The notes under the pieces: model-generated
The model's database searches: none
Told to the model about the DNA's origin: nothing
The model's input: the letters and a program-made list of their open reading frames with translations, nothing else
Source of the DNA: Candidatus Falkowbacteria bacterium CG10_big_fil_rev_8_21_14_0_10_44_15
GTDB lineage: Bacteria > Patescibacteriota > Patescibacteriia > Patescibacteriales > XYC2-FULL-47-12
Assembly: GCA_002773575.1 (NCBI GenBank)
Contig: PFAT01000021.1
Coordinates: 1 to 50,738 of the forward strand
Length of the DNA stretch: 50,738 nucleotides
Direction: 5' to 3'
In this document: one piece after another, positions 1 through 7,750 of the stretch
Layout of the letters: every line of letters starts with the position of its first letter
How positions within the stretch are numbered: position 1 is the first letter of the stretch
Position numbers and translations under genes: made by a program

Positions 1-435
1 CGTGCCGTCCCAGCGCAAATCAGCGGAATCGCCTAAGCTCTCGTTGCCGCGTAAAACGCCTAAAGTGTCAACCCGCAGGTAAGTGGCGGTAGACGAACCG
101 ATGACAAAAGCGTTGTCGCCGGTGTTAGTGTCAATGGAGAGCGTTGCCCAGGGAGTGCTTGAACCAACGCCTACTCTGTTAGTAGAAATATCAACAAATA
201 GATCGTCAGTATCAATCGTTAAATCATCGGAAAGGGTCGTCGCTCCGGTAACAGCCAGTGTGCTGGTAAGCGTCACCACTCCGGTAGCATCAATCGTAGT
301 AGCATTAATCGTACCGGTAGAAATATTATTATTGATAGTGGTGGACGCCAAGACTATGCCTGCGGTAGCAAGGGTGGTTACAAGGGTCGCTGTAATCACC
401 TGTAATATAATTCGCGATTTAATGAATCTTTTCAT
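1..435 (-). CDS. Secreted or membrane-anchored hypothetical protein, N-terminal 145 aa only (3' end beyond left window edge)
   Basis: Absent from the ORF track because no stop lies in the window. The reverse complement of 1-435 is open from the ATG (433-435 on +). It reads MKRFIKSRIILQVITATLVTTLATAGIVLASTTINNNISTGT...NRVGVGSSTPWATLSIDTNTGDNAFVIGSS. A basic N-terminus plus hydrophobic helix gives a signal/anchor. The VGxGxxxPxxxL motif is typical of tail-fibre-like surface proteins. Preferred over the antisense + ORF 83-475. Confidence 0.55.
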   Translation of the reverse strand, partial: MKRFIKSRIILQVITATLVTTLATAGIVLASTTINNNISTGTINATTIDATGVVTLTSTLAVTGATTLSDDLTIDTDDLFVDISTNRVGVGSSTPWATLSIDTNTGDNAFVIGSSTATYLRVDTLGVLRGNESLGDSADLRWDGT

Positions 436-863
436 AAGACTTAATTTTATTATGATACTTAAAATTAATAATTAGGCCTAAAAAATTATTAATTTTTCGT
501 ACGATAAAAATTAATTGTAATTAATTTATTTTGCAGCCCCTTAAATTTAAGAAGCCGAGTTCGACCTTTAATTTTTTTATTTAAGACCTTTTTAAATTAA
601 ATAAACAAAAAAACCAGTTATTCCAAAATAAAAATAACTAGTTTTTATCAACAAAATCAACAAAATAAAACGCCGTTCTTCCCGTGTCCGCTTTGGTACG
701 GCCAAATTGTTTAGCCGTGATTTTATTAACTGTATTAAGCATGGGGATATTCTTAATGTGCTTTTTAGTATACAATATTTTAACAAAAAAAGCTATCTTG
801 TGGATAACTTTTACCCCGTGAAATATCCCGCTGTACTGCGGGATTAAAAAATCTTTGATTTTT

Positions 864-1172
864 TTATTTCACGGGGTGAATGCTCTTGTGTTTTAATGCT
901 TTAATGCCAACGAACTCTTCTTTCCATTCTTTCACGAATTTACCTATGCCATCCCGCCCCAATTTATTTTTTAAACGCGGACTCTGATGCGCCCACCCGA
1001 GCAAAGAACCCATCTCCAAACTATAGCGGTTACCTTCTATCAGATAGATGATTTCTTTAGTTTTAATGGCTCGTCGGATAGTTTTTTGCTCCACGCCTAA
1101 TAATTTAGCCGCTTGCGTTACCGACAACCATAATTTATTAGAAATAGGCAGGTCTTTTTCTTTTATTTTCAT
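864..1172 (-). CDS. Small helix-turn-helix DNA-binding protein (excisionase/MerR-superfamily-like HTH)
   Basis: 102-aa ORF. LSVTQAAKLLGVEQKTIRRAIKTKEI is a canonical HTH near the N-terminus. Divergently oriented to the sigma-factor gene across an operator-rich spacer. Confidence 0.7.
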   Translation of the reverse strand: MKIKEKDLPISNKLWLSVTQAAKLLGVEQKTIRRAIKTKEIIYLIEGNRYSLEMGSLLGWAHQSPRLKNKLGRDGIGKFVKEWKEEFVGIKALKHKSIHPVK

Positions 1173-1189
1173 TTTTATTTATTATTGAA

Positions 1190-1309
1190 AGTCTACAAAT
1201 TTGTGGACTTTAAATAAAAAGACATAAATTATTGATTGTCCAGATTTTATTAGACTTTAAAATAAATAATATTATCTTCTTTTGTCAATAGTCCAGATTT
1301 TTATGGACT
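1190..1309. promoter_or_regulatory. Three operator-like inverted repeats AGTC(C/T)A-N8/9-T(G/A)GACT
   Basis: The sites are 1190-1209 AGTCTACAAATTTGTGGACT, 1238-1255 GTCCAGATTTTATTAGAC and 1290-1309 AGTCCAGATTTTTATGGACT (perfect arms). Centres are about 47 and 53 bp apart. They lie in the divergent HTH/sigma intergenic region. A TTGACA on the minus strand (1288-1283) sits between sites 2 and 3. Confidence 0.5.
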
Positions 1310-1453
1310 TATCTTTAATTATTTTCTCATATTATTATTTTTTTTGCAAATTTTAAACACATATGGATCGCGGGCACGAAACTTACTTTAAGGATTAAAA
1401 GTAGAATTAAGCTATGCCGTAAACAGCGTATACATAATAGAAAACTCAATTAT

Positions 1454-1482
1454 TTGACTCCAATTTATTTTTATCTTATAAT
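1454..1482 (+). promoter_or_regulatory. Near-consensus sigma70-type promoter TTGACT-N17-TATAAT
   Basis: TTGACT at 1454-1459, an exact 17-nt spacer, and TATAAT at 1477-1482. It lies about 100 nt upstream of the ECF sigma gene. Confidence 0.5.
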
Positions 1483-1500
1483 CAAAGTAAAGATGCCTTT

Positions 1501-1522
1501 TAGCGAATATTCGCTATTTTTT
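1501..1522 (+). promoter_or_regulatory. 16-bp perfect palindrome TAGCGAATATTCGCTA followed by T6 (attenuator/terminator-like hairpin or operator)
   Basis: Read directly from the sequence. It sits about 12 nt downstream of the predicted start of the 1454-1482 promoter and upstream of the ECF-type promoter. Confidence 0.4.
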
Positions 1523-1554
1523 ATCTTAATTAAGCCATATAACCATATTATTGC

Positions 1555-1584
1555 TGTAACATTTTTATCTTTTTTACGTATAAT
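1555..1584 (+). promoter_or_regulatory. ECF-sigma-type (autoregulatory) promoter TGTAAC-N16-CGTATAAT
   Basis: TGTAAC at 1555-1560, a 16-nt spacer, and CGTA at 1577-1580. This matches the AAC-N16/17-CGT architecture known for Bacillus SigW/SigX/SigM-class ECF promoters. It directly abuts the sigma gene. Confidence 0.45.
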
Positions 1585-2136
1585 ATGTTAAAATCAGGCA
1601 GTTTACAGGAAAAAATTTTAGTGGGAAGGTTGAAATTAAAAGACAAAGAAGCTTTTTCCCATCTTTATGATTTTTATCTGGATAAAATATACCGCTTTAT
1701 CTATTTTAAAGTAACCAGCGTTTCCGAAGCGGAAGATTTAACCTCGCAAACTTTTTTAAAAATTTGGCAATTAGCTTTAGAGGGGAAAATAAAGGTAAAC
1801 GAATCATTCCAGTCGTTGTTGTATAAAGTGGCGCGTAATTTGGTGATTGATTATTATCGCAGTTCTAACCGAGAAAAAAATAAAATATCGCTAGAGGAAG
1901 CTGCTCACATTGCCGAGGCCGACGCCCATTTAGACCAAGCGGCGGACGTTAAAATCGAAATGGAAATAATCGGGCGCAGATTAAAAAAATTAAAAAGCGA
2001 ATACCAAGAAATTATTATCTTACACTTCATCAACGAGCTAACCATTAAAGAAATAGCCAACATTTTAGAAAAGAAACGAGGCAACATCAGAGTAACGCTG
2101 CATCGAGCGTTGAAAGCTTTAAGAGACGCGCAATAA
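1585..2136 (+). CDS. ECF-family RNA polymerase sigma-70 factor
   Basis: Region 2 reads KDKEAFSHLYDFYLDKIYRFIYFKV...AEDLTSQTF. Region 4 HTH reads ELTIKEIANILEKKRGNIRVTLHRALKALR. The true start may be GTG 1621, which is preceded by AGGA at 1607-1610, because both predicted promoters would initiate at or after the ATG at 1585. Confidence 0.9.
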   Translation: MLKSGSLQEKILVGRLKLKDKEAFSHLYDFYLDKIYRFIYFKVTSVSEAEDLTSQTFLKIWQLALEGKIKVNESFQSLLYKVARNLVIDYYRSSNREKNKISLEEAAHIAEADAHLDQAADVKIEMEIIGRRLKKLKSEYQEIIILHFINELTIKEIANILEKKRGNIRVTLHRALKALRDAQ

Positions 2137-2150
2137 TTTTCCGCGACAAA

Positions 2151-3299
2151 ATGGAAAAAGACATTATCACGCAGCTGCAAAGCTTGCGCACAATTAAGCC
2201 CAAAGAGAGCTGGCGGCTCGCCCAAAAAGAAATTTTGTTGCGTCAGATTTCCTCTGCCGCGCAGGAGACAGGAGCGGGGCGATATTTTTGGTTTTATCTA
2301 AAAGAGGTTATCCAGCATGAAGCGGCGCTTATTGGCCAGCCAATTGTTGGAGTTGCGGTGTTAATTTTGTTAATGGTCGGCGGAGGCGTATTCAGCATCA
2401 GCGCCGCTTCGGGAGCGACGCCGGGCAGTTTTCTTTATACCGTCAAATTAGTAAGCGAAAAAACGAGATTCGCCCTCACCGTCAATTCGGAAGATAAGGC
2501 AAGATTAAACGTTAAATTTGCCGAGCGCCGCGCCGAAGAAATAAAAGGTTTAGCGGATAAGGACGCGCATGTCATACTTAATGAAGTAGCCGATAACTTA
2601 AAAGAAGAAATTTCTTCCGCCCAGGAACAACTGAAACAGGTGGAAGTCAATAATCCCGGCACCGCCGTGGATTTAGCTAAGGACATTGAAAACAAAACGA
2701 CCGTTTTGCGGCAAAAGCTGCAGGAAACAAAAGAGGCGCTGGCTAAAAGCGGCAGTTCGGCTAACAGCAAAATCAATGAAGCGATTCGCAGCGTGGATGA
2801 AGCGGGTTTAAGCGCTTTAGGCACCATCGTTAAATCTGCCGGAAAAAATAATACCGTGAACAAAAAAGAGCTGAGCCAGAGAGTGGCGTCAAAATTAAAC
2901 ATCACTAAACAAAAAATTACCGAGGTTCAGGCGGACGTTAATAAAGTATTCAGCGCCGGCTTCAGCCGCAGCGAGAGCGGTTTGCAGATATACCAAGCTC
3001 CCAACAACGTTACTGACATGGAGACTAAGAAAAAAGCCGAAGCCAAAACTAAAGAAGCAAGCAAAATAATCACCGAGGCGGAACAGTTGCTGGATGACAA
3101 TAATTATCAAGAGGCGGTTAATAAGATAACGGCGAGCGAGCAGATATTAAATGAAGCCGCACAGGCGGTTGATCAAAAAATTATTGAACAGTCGGACGAA
3201 ACAGCCAGCAGCACCACCCCTCAAGTCAAAGGAATAATTGATCGGCTGGGCGATGGGGAAGAATCAGCCGAGAACGCGTCCACTACGATCGGCAACTAA
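2151..3299 (+). CDS. Single-pass membrane protein with coiled-coil ectodomain, putative anti-sigma factor
   Basis: Immediately downstream of the ECF sigma gene (14-nt gap). It has a short cytoplasmic N-terminus and one TM helix (IVGVAVLILLMVGGGVFSI). The long Lys/Glu/Ala-rich helical C-terminal region begins FLYTVKLVSEKTRFALT...FAERRAEEI. No zinc-binding HxxxCxxC motif is present. Confidence 0.55.
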   Translation: MEKDIITQLQSLRTIKPKESWRLAQKEILLRQISSAAQETGAGRYFWFYLKEVIQHEAALIGQPIVGVAVLILLMVGGGVFSISAASGATPGSFLYTVKLVSEKTRFALTVNSEDKARLNVKFAERRAEEIKGLADKDAHVILNEVADNLKEEISSAQEQLKQVEVNNPGTAVDLAKDIENKTTVLRQKLQETKEALAKSGSSANSKINEAIRSVDEAGLSALGTIVKSAGKNNTVNKKELSQRVASKLNITKQKITEVQADVNKVFSAGFSRSESGLQIYQAPNNVTDMETKKKAEAKTKEASKIITEAEQLLDDNNYQEAVNKITASEQILNEAAQAVDQKIIEQSDETASSTTPQVKGIIDRLGDGEESAENASTTIGN

Positions 3300-3454
3300 C
3301 AATAAGTATTTTATATTAGATATAATTAAGACATATAGCAAGACAAACCTTTTTCTATTTTGGTTGCGCCAAAAGCAAGCCACTAAAAGTAAAACATAAT
3401 AACTAGAAAAAGGACGTGTTCCTATATGGGGCAGGCTTTAGAAAAAAAGGTCGA

Positions 3455-3478
3455 CTATATTATAAATTTATAATATAG
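3455..3478. repeat. Perfect 24-bp AT palindrome CTATATTATAAATTTATAATATAG
   Basis: The self-complement was verified base by base. Its core ATAAATTTAT recurs at 3741-3750, just upstream of the surface-protein gene. Confidence 0.6.
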
Positions 3479-3552
3479 CTAGAGTCTTTATTAAGCGCCT
3501 TTGTAAATATTTGCGATTGGTCGCATTCTTGCTTAACTTATCAGTCAAGCAG

Positions 3553-3697
3553 TAAAAATCAACAAGCTTTCCCCCCACACTTACTCCGCAACTTTTTGGG
3601 AGCAGGGGGAAATAAATTTCCACTCTCTGCATTCTTACTGCCGCCCATGCGCGGTTGGGTGTAGGTGTGGGGGGGATGGGATTCCGGTTGATTTTTA
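3553..3697 (+). ncRNA. Candidate structured RNA: 5' leader stabiliser, attenuator or small ncRNA
   Basis: A GC-rich island in an AT-rich spacer. Helix 1 pairs 3553-3563 TAAAAATCAAC with 3687-3697 GTTGATTTTTA (11 bp). Helix 2 pairs 3571-3584 CCCCCCACACTTAC with 3661-3674 (14 bp, one G-U). Inner hairpins include GGAAA-TAAA-TTTCC at 3608-3621. A U-run follows (3692-3700). The element ends 85 nt before the ATG at 3783. Confidence 0.4.
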
Positions 3698-3782
3698 TTT
3701 AATCAAAGACGAAAAGTTAACGGGAAAAACGGCAAATTCATAAATTTATAAAAGCGCAACTTAAGAAAGGAATAATTTACGT

Positions 3783-6700
3783 ATGAGTAAATTACGAAAA
3801 GTTTTTACTGTCAGCGTCATGCTGATGACGATCCTGTCCATGAGCGTAGTCGTAGCGCCGCAAGCGCAAGCAACGGCGAGCGCCGGCGACCTCATTAAAA
3901 TGTCCGGATTGTCTTCAGTCTATTATTTGGCGGCTGACGGTAAACGTTATGTTTTCCCTAATGAGAATAGTTATTTTTCCTGGTACAGTGATTTTTCCAG
4001 CGTCGTAACCGTTTCCCAGTCCGAACTGGAAAGTTACCCGTTAGGCAAAAATATCACCATGCGGCCAGGCACTAAATTAGTTAAGATTACCACCGACCCC
4101 AAGGTGTACGCCGTGGAAACGAACGGCTCCTTAGTTTGGGTGCCGAGTGAAACGGTTGCCAACACCTTGTATGGCGCTAACTGGGCCAGGAGAATAGTTG
4201 ACGTTCCGGACGCTTTCTTCACTAATTACACGATTGCTACCGGTCAACAGGTGAGCGCAACCGCTTACCCCACGGGGAGTTTGGTAAAGTTCAGCGGCTC
4301 TACTGACGTCTATTATATCGCGAGCGACGGCAAAGCGCAGAAAGTGGAAAGCGCGGCTATGAGCGCCAACCGCTTTAAGACTGCCGATGTCATTACTGCT
4401 CCGGCTTCCGTTACGATGCCAGCCGCAGGCACTCCTATTGCCAGCGCGGTCGCTACTTTAATCGATACCTCTTCTGGCGCGGGCGGAACGGCGGCGGTAG
4501 CTACCGGTTCGGGCGTATCAGTGGCTTTGGCCTCTGACAATCCAGCCGCGGCTACGGTCGTTACCGACACGGCTGACGGCGCCCAATCAATGATTCCGGC
4601 GTTTCGGCTTAACTTTACCGCGGCGGCTGACGGCGATGTGGTCGTTAGAACAGTTAAAATCACCCGTGGCGGCATTTCGGCCGACACCGACGTGGTAAAT
4701 ATGTATTTGCTGGATGGTTCAACGGTCGTTGCCTCTAGCCCGTCAATTTCCACGAAAGTCTTTACCTTTACCAATTCAGCCGGTATATTTACCGTTACGC
4801 GCGGGACTACTAAAGCGATTGACGTTAAATTTGACCTGAAAGGTAACGCCACTGCCGGCATCACCATTAATTTCGCAGTTGCATCAGCTTCTGACATCAC
4901 CACGAGCGGCGCGGCCGTTTCCGGCTCATTCCCAATAACCGGTAACACCTTTACTTCCGCGAGCGTGACTGACTTAGGTAAATTAACACTTACCAACGTC
5001 TCTCCGACCGCGGCCGGTAGTGTTGACCCACAGGACAACTATGAAATTTGGCGCTTCACTGCGGCCGGCTCTTCACAGGACGTTGAATTGCGCAAGATGA
5101 TCTTTACGATTGTCGGCTCGGTCAACGTCGGCGACCTGAAAAACTTCGGTCTCTGGGACGGCGGCACGCAAATTGGCGGCACGGTAGCGGACATGTCTTC
5201 TAGTAAGACAATTACTCTAGACTTATCGTCAGCTCCGTACACGATTGTCAAAGGCGTGACCAAAACTTTGAGCTTAAAAGCTAATATCGTATCCGGCACC
5301 ACCCGAACTTTCCGCGCTTCCATTCAGAACGGCAGCGATTTAAGCATTTATGACAAAGGTTACGGCGTATTATTGCGTCATAACGGCGCGGACAGCTTCA
5401 CGGTACTGCAGCCGGTTGACTCCAATTCGGCGGCAGTAAGCTACACCATTAATTCCGGCTCCCTAACTATGTCTATCGCCCAGGATTCTCCGACTGGAAA
5501 TATCGCTTCTTCCACGACTAACACCACCTTATTAAAAGTGAGCATAAAGGCGTCTGGCGAAGATGTTAAGATTACCAGTTTAACCGTTAACTGCGATAGT
5601 TCGGTAGACACAAAGACCATTAAGAACCTCAAAGTTCTTTGGGATGGTTCACAGGTAGGTTCAGCCATCGCTACCTCGGGAGCTTGCGACGGAGCGGTCA
5701 ACAACGATTATACTTTGGGCAGCACGGTTATCGCTCGCGCCGGCCAGACTCATGTTTTGACGGTGGCGGCGGACATCACCGGCACGACAACTTCCGGAGA
5801 AACTTTAGTGGCTAATCTGGAAGTTGGTTCCAGCAATGCCCAAGGGCTGACCTCATTAACGACATTAAGCACTACCGCCATTACCGGCCGCACCTTAACG
5901 ATTGCCGCCGGCACTTTGACCGTTGTTAAGAATGTCAGTTTCGGCGACGGCAACTCATCTACTCCTACCGGTGTCGCCTACGGCGCCAATACTAAAGTCG
6001 CTTCCTTTACCATTATTGGGGGAGCGGGCGAACCGGCCGAAGTAACCCAAATTTCTTTAGCCGATGTTACCGCTGGCACCAAGTATGTCAGCAAGTACTT
6101 CCAGAACGTTAAATTAATGCACGGCACGACGCAGTTGGGTAATACGCTCGGCAGTCCGTCCAGCGGCGCGGACACAGCGCAGACGCATACCTTTAATATC
6201 TCGCCAGCCGTTACGATTAACTCGGGCGAGCAGTATGTGGTTGATGTGTACGCTGACGTTAAGAGTACTACCTTAACGACCGCGGCCGCGATTATTAAGG
6301 TTTCTTCCGTGACGGCGAGCGGCAAAAATACCGGCACCGCGGCCAGTTATTCCACGGCCGTAACCTTGCAGAGCCAGTACATCGCAACCGCGGGCGGCAT
6401 GACAATCGCGATTGACAGCGATACGCCGTTAGCTACCAACCTCTTAATGGGCGCGACTGACCAGACATTAGGGAAATTCAAGTTTACCGCGAGCTCCAGC
6501 GAATCCATAACCATCACCGAACTGGTTATTAGCGTAAATATTGAAAAAGATTCCGGCGCCACTGGTACGGTGAATAACATCCGCCTGTTTGACGTAAACA
6601 ACGTTCAAATCGGCAGCGCGGTTGCCGGTTTTGATGGCACCTACGCTACTACTACATACGCGCACGCTATCTTTAAGAGTCTGAGTCTGGTTATCCCCAA

Positions 6701-7544
6701 AGGCACAACTAAAGTCATTATCGTCAAGGCGGATCTTAATCCGTATGAGGGCAGCGGTTTGACCACCACTGGACAGGCCATTCAGTTAGCGATTGTGCCG
6801 ACTGACTATGACGCGACCACGAGCGGCAGTCAGTTGCCGATTACCGGCACCGGTTCCCAGTCCGGCCAGTCTATGACGGCTACGACTCTGACCTTTACTT
6901 CTAACGCCGGGTCTATTCCGTATTCTGACCAGACAAGCGCCACTTCCACGCAACTAGCGGCTAATGTTAATGTAGTACGCGCCAATGAAATGGTGCTGTA
7001 TCGCGCTAAATTAATGTTGGCTTGGAACGCGAACACCCCGTCCGGTTTAACTGGCAATAATAGTTCTAAACAGACTATTGCAGTGGTGAATGTTGCTAAT
7101 ACCGCCAACAGCGGCACCTATCCGGCTACTGTTAAAGCGATGAACATTAGCGTGTCAACCACTATTTCTAACGCCGCGGCCACAAATCGCAACTTGACTG
7201 TGTACAAAGATTCAGCTAGTGGCACTGTGTTGGGCACTACTACCTATGTTTCAACAACAATGGCGGTAGCGGGCGACAGCTATACGAACACGAACTTCCT
7301 GGATGGCGATATAACGGATGTAGAAATTTCAGACGGCTCCACCAAGACATTCTTCTTTACCTTAGATACGACGGATGCGGCTACGCAAAAGACATTGTCG
7401 GTTACCATCCCGGCTTATCATTCCGGCAAGTACGGCGCAACAGCTACGAACGGTTCGTATGGTTTAATTTGGTCTGACGGATCAACTACTAATATCATTG
7501 CTATAGATAACATTGATATTGGGTATAAGACATTGACCTACTAA
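3783..7544 (+). CDS. Large secreted cell-surface repeat protein (S-layer-like, probable glycoprotein)
   Basis: 1253 aa. The signal peptide is MSKLRKVFTVSVMLMTILSMSVVVAPQAQA/TAS. There are two N-terminal VYY(L/I)AxDGK...FPN modules. At least 6 degenerate ~100-150-aa beta-rich modules follow, each with a DxP...(F/L)K(F/L)TA...DV...I...L(F/W)DG..Q(I/V)G pattern. The composition is very rich in Thr/Ser/Ala/Gly/Val. An SD (GAAAGGA) lies upstream and a strong terminator downstream. Confidence 0.85.
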   Translation: MSKLRKVFTVSVMLMTILSMSVVVAPQAQATASAGDLIKMSGLSSVYYLAADGKRYVFPNENSYFSWYSDFSSVVTVSQSELESYPLGKNITMRPGTKLVKITTDPKVYAVETNGSLVWVPSETVANTLYGANWARRIVDVPDAFFTNYTIATGQQVSATAYPTGSLVKFSGSTDVYYIASDGKAQKVESAAMSANRFKTADVITAPASVTMPAAGTPIASAVATLIDTSSGAGGTAAVATGSGVSVALASDNPAAATVVTDTADGAQSMIPAFRLNFTAAADGDVVVRTVKITRGGISADTDVVNMYLLDGSTVVASSPSISTKVFTFTNSAGIFTVTRGTTKAIDVKFDLKGNATAGITINFAVASASDITTSGAAVSGSFPITGNTFTSASVTDLGKLTLTNVSPTAAGSVDPQDNYEIWRFTAAGSSQDVELRKMIFTIVGSVNVGDLKNFGLWDGGTQIGGTVADMSSSKTITLDLSSAPYTIVKGVTKTLSLKANIVSGTTRTFRASIQNGSDLSIYDKGYGVLLRHNGADSFTVLQPVDSNSAAVSYTINSGSLTMSIAQDSPTGNIASSTTNTTLLKVSIKASGEDVKITSLTVNCDSSVDTKTIKNLKVLWDGSQVGSAIATSGACDGAVNNDYTLGSTVIARAGQTHVLTVAADITGTTTSGETLVANLEVGSSNAQGLTSLTTLSTTAITGRTLTIAAGTLTVVKNVSFGDGNSSTPTGVAYGANTKVASFTIIGGAGEPAEVTQISLADVTAGTKYVSKYFQNVKLMHGTTQLGNTLGSPSSGADTAQTHTFNISPAVTINSGEQYVVDVYADVKSTTLTTAAAIIKVSSVTASGKNTGTAASYSTAVTLQSQYIATAGGMTIAIDSDTPLATNLLMGATDQTLGKFKFTASSSESITITELVISVNIEKDSGATGTVNNIRLFDVNNVQIGSAVAGFDGTYATTTYAHAIFKSLSLVIPKGTTKVIIVKADLNPYEGSGLTTTGQAIQLAIVPTDYDATTSGSQLPITGTGSQSGQSMTATTLTFTSNAGSIPYSDQTSATSTQLAANVNVVRANEMVLYRAKLMLAWNANTPSGLTGNNSSKQTIAVVNVANTANSGTYPATVKAMNISVSTTISNAAATNRNLTVYKDSASGTVLGTTTYVSTTMAVAGDSYTNTNFLDGDITDVEISDGSTKTFFFTLDTTDAATQKTLSVTIPAYHSGKYGATATNGSYGLIWSDGSTTNIIAIDNIDIGYKTLTY

Positions 7545-7610
7545 GGCCAAAAGTTCTGAAAGGTGTTTTCACAGGATTTTGTTTGTGGAGAACCAGTCAG
7601 AGAAGAGCAA

Positions 7611-7650
7611 CCAGTCTCCCGAAGTACTTCGGGAGACTGGATTGTTTTTT
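7611..7650 (+). terminator. Rho-independent terminator
   Basis: CCAGTCTCCCGAAG-TA-CTTCGGGAGACTGG (13-14-bp stem) is followed by ATTGTTTTTT. It lies 67 nt after the surface-protein stop. Confidence 0.85.
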
Positions 7651-7683
7651 GGGCATATTTTTAGTAGAATGACAATACGGCTG

Positions 7684-7723
7684 ACATTAAAACACCAGAA
7701 CACCAGAACATTAAAACAATAGA
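7684..7723. repeat. Intergenic octamer array ACATTAAA ACACCAGA ACACCAGA ACATTAAA ACAATAGA
   Basis: Five 8-nt units in an A-B-B-A-like order. The array ends 1 nt before a TATAAT (7725-7730) and starts just after CTGACA (7681-7686). It shares GACATTAAAACA with the intragenic array at 18903. Confidence 0.8.
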
Positions 7724-7750
7724 GTATAATGTTTTTGTTTTCATGCTTTA

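Noticed and set aside
83-475. 130-aa + strand ORF at the left edge
   Set aside because: It is antisense to a better candidate on the minus strand (1-435). That candidate has a clear start, a signal/anchor sequence and surface-protein motifs. The + ORF translation is a low-complexity Val/Ser/Thr string with no recognisable start context.
540-580. GTTCGA-containing stretch considered as a tRNA T-arm
   Set aside because: No complementary T-stem, acceptor stem or anticodon arm can be drawn around it. No tRNA or rRNA was recognised anywhere in the window.
592-786. 64-aa minus-strand ORF in the AT-rich spacer
   Set aside because: It has no recognisable motif or SD and an implausible composition. 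It spans a terminator-like hairpin (AGTTATT...AATAACT around 616-640) and a 9-nt direct repeat (ATCAACAAA x2). It is treated as non-coding.
864-1172. Excisionase-like HTH as evidence of a prophage or integrative element
   Set aside because: No integrase, transposase, phage structural gene or att-like direct repeats are present in the window. The gene is more simply a local transcriptional regulator with its own operators.
4034-7117. Series of long antisense ORFs inside the 1253-aa surface-protein gene (for example 4313-5038, 241 aa)
   Set aside because: They lie entirely within, and opposite to, a strongly supported gene. The sense strand's Ala/Thr/Gly/Val codon bias keeps antisense frames open. 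The translations are low-complexity.
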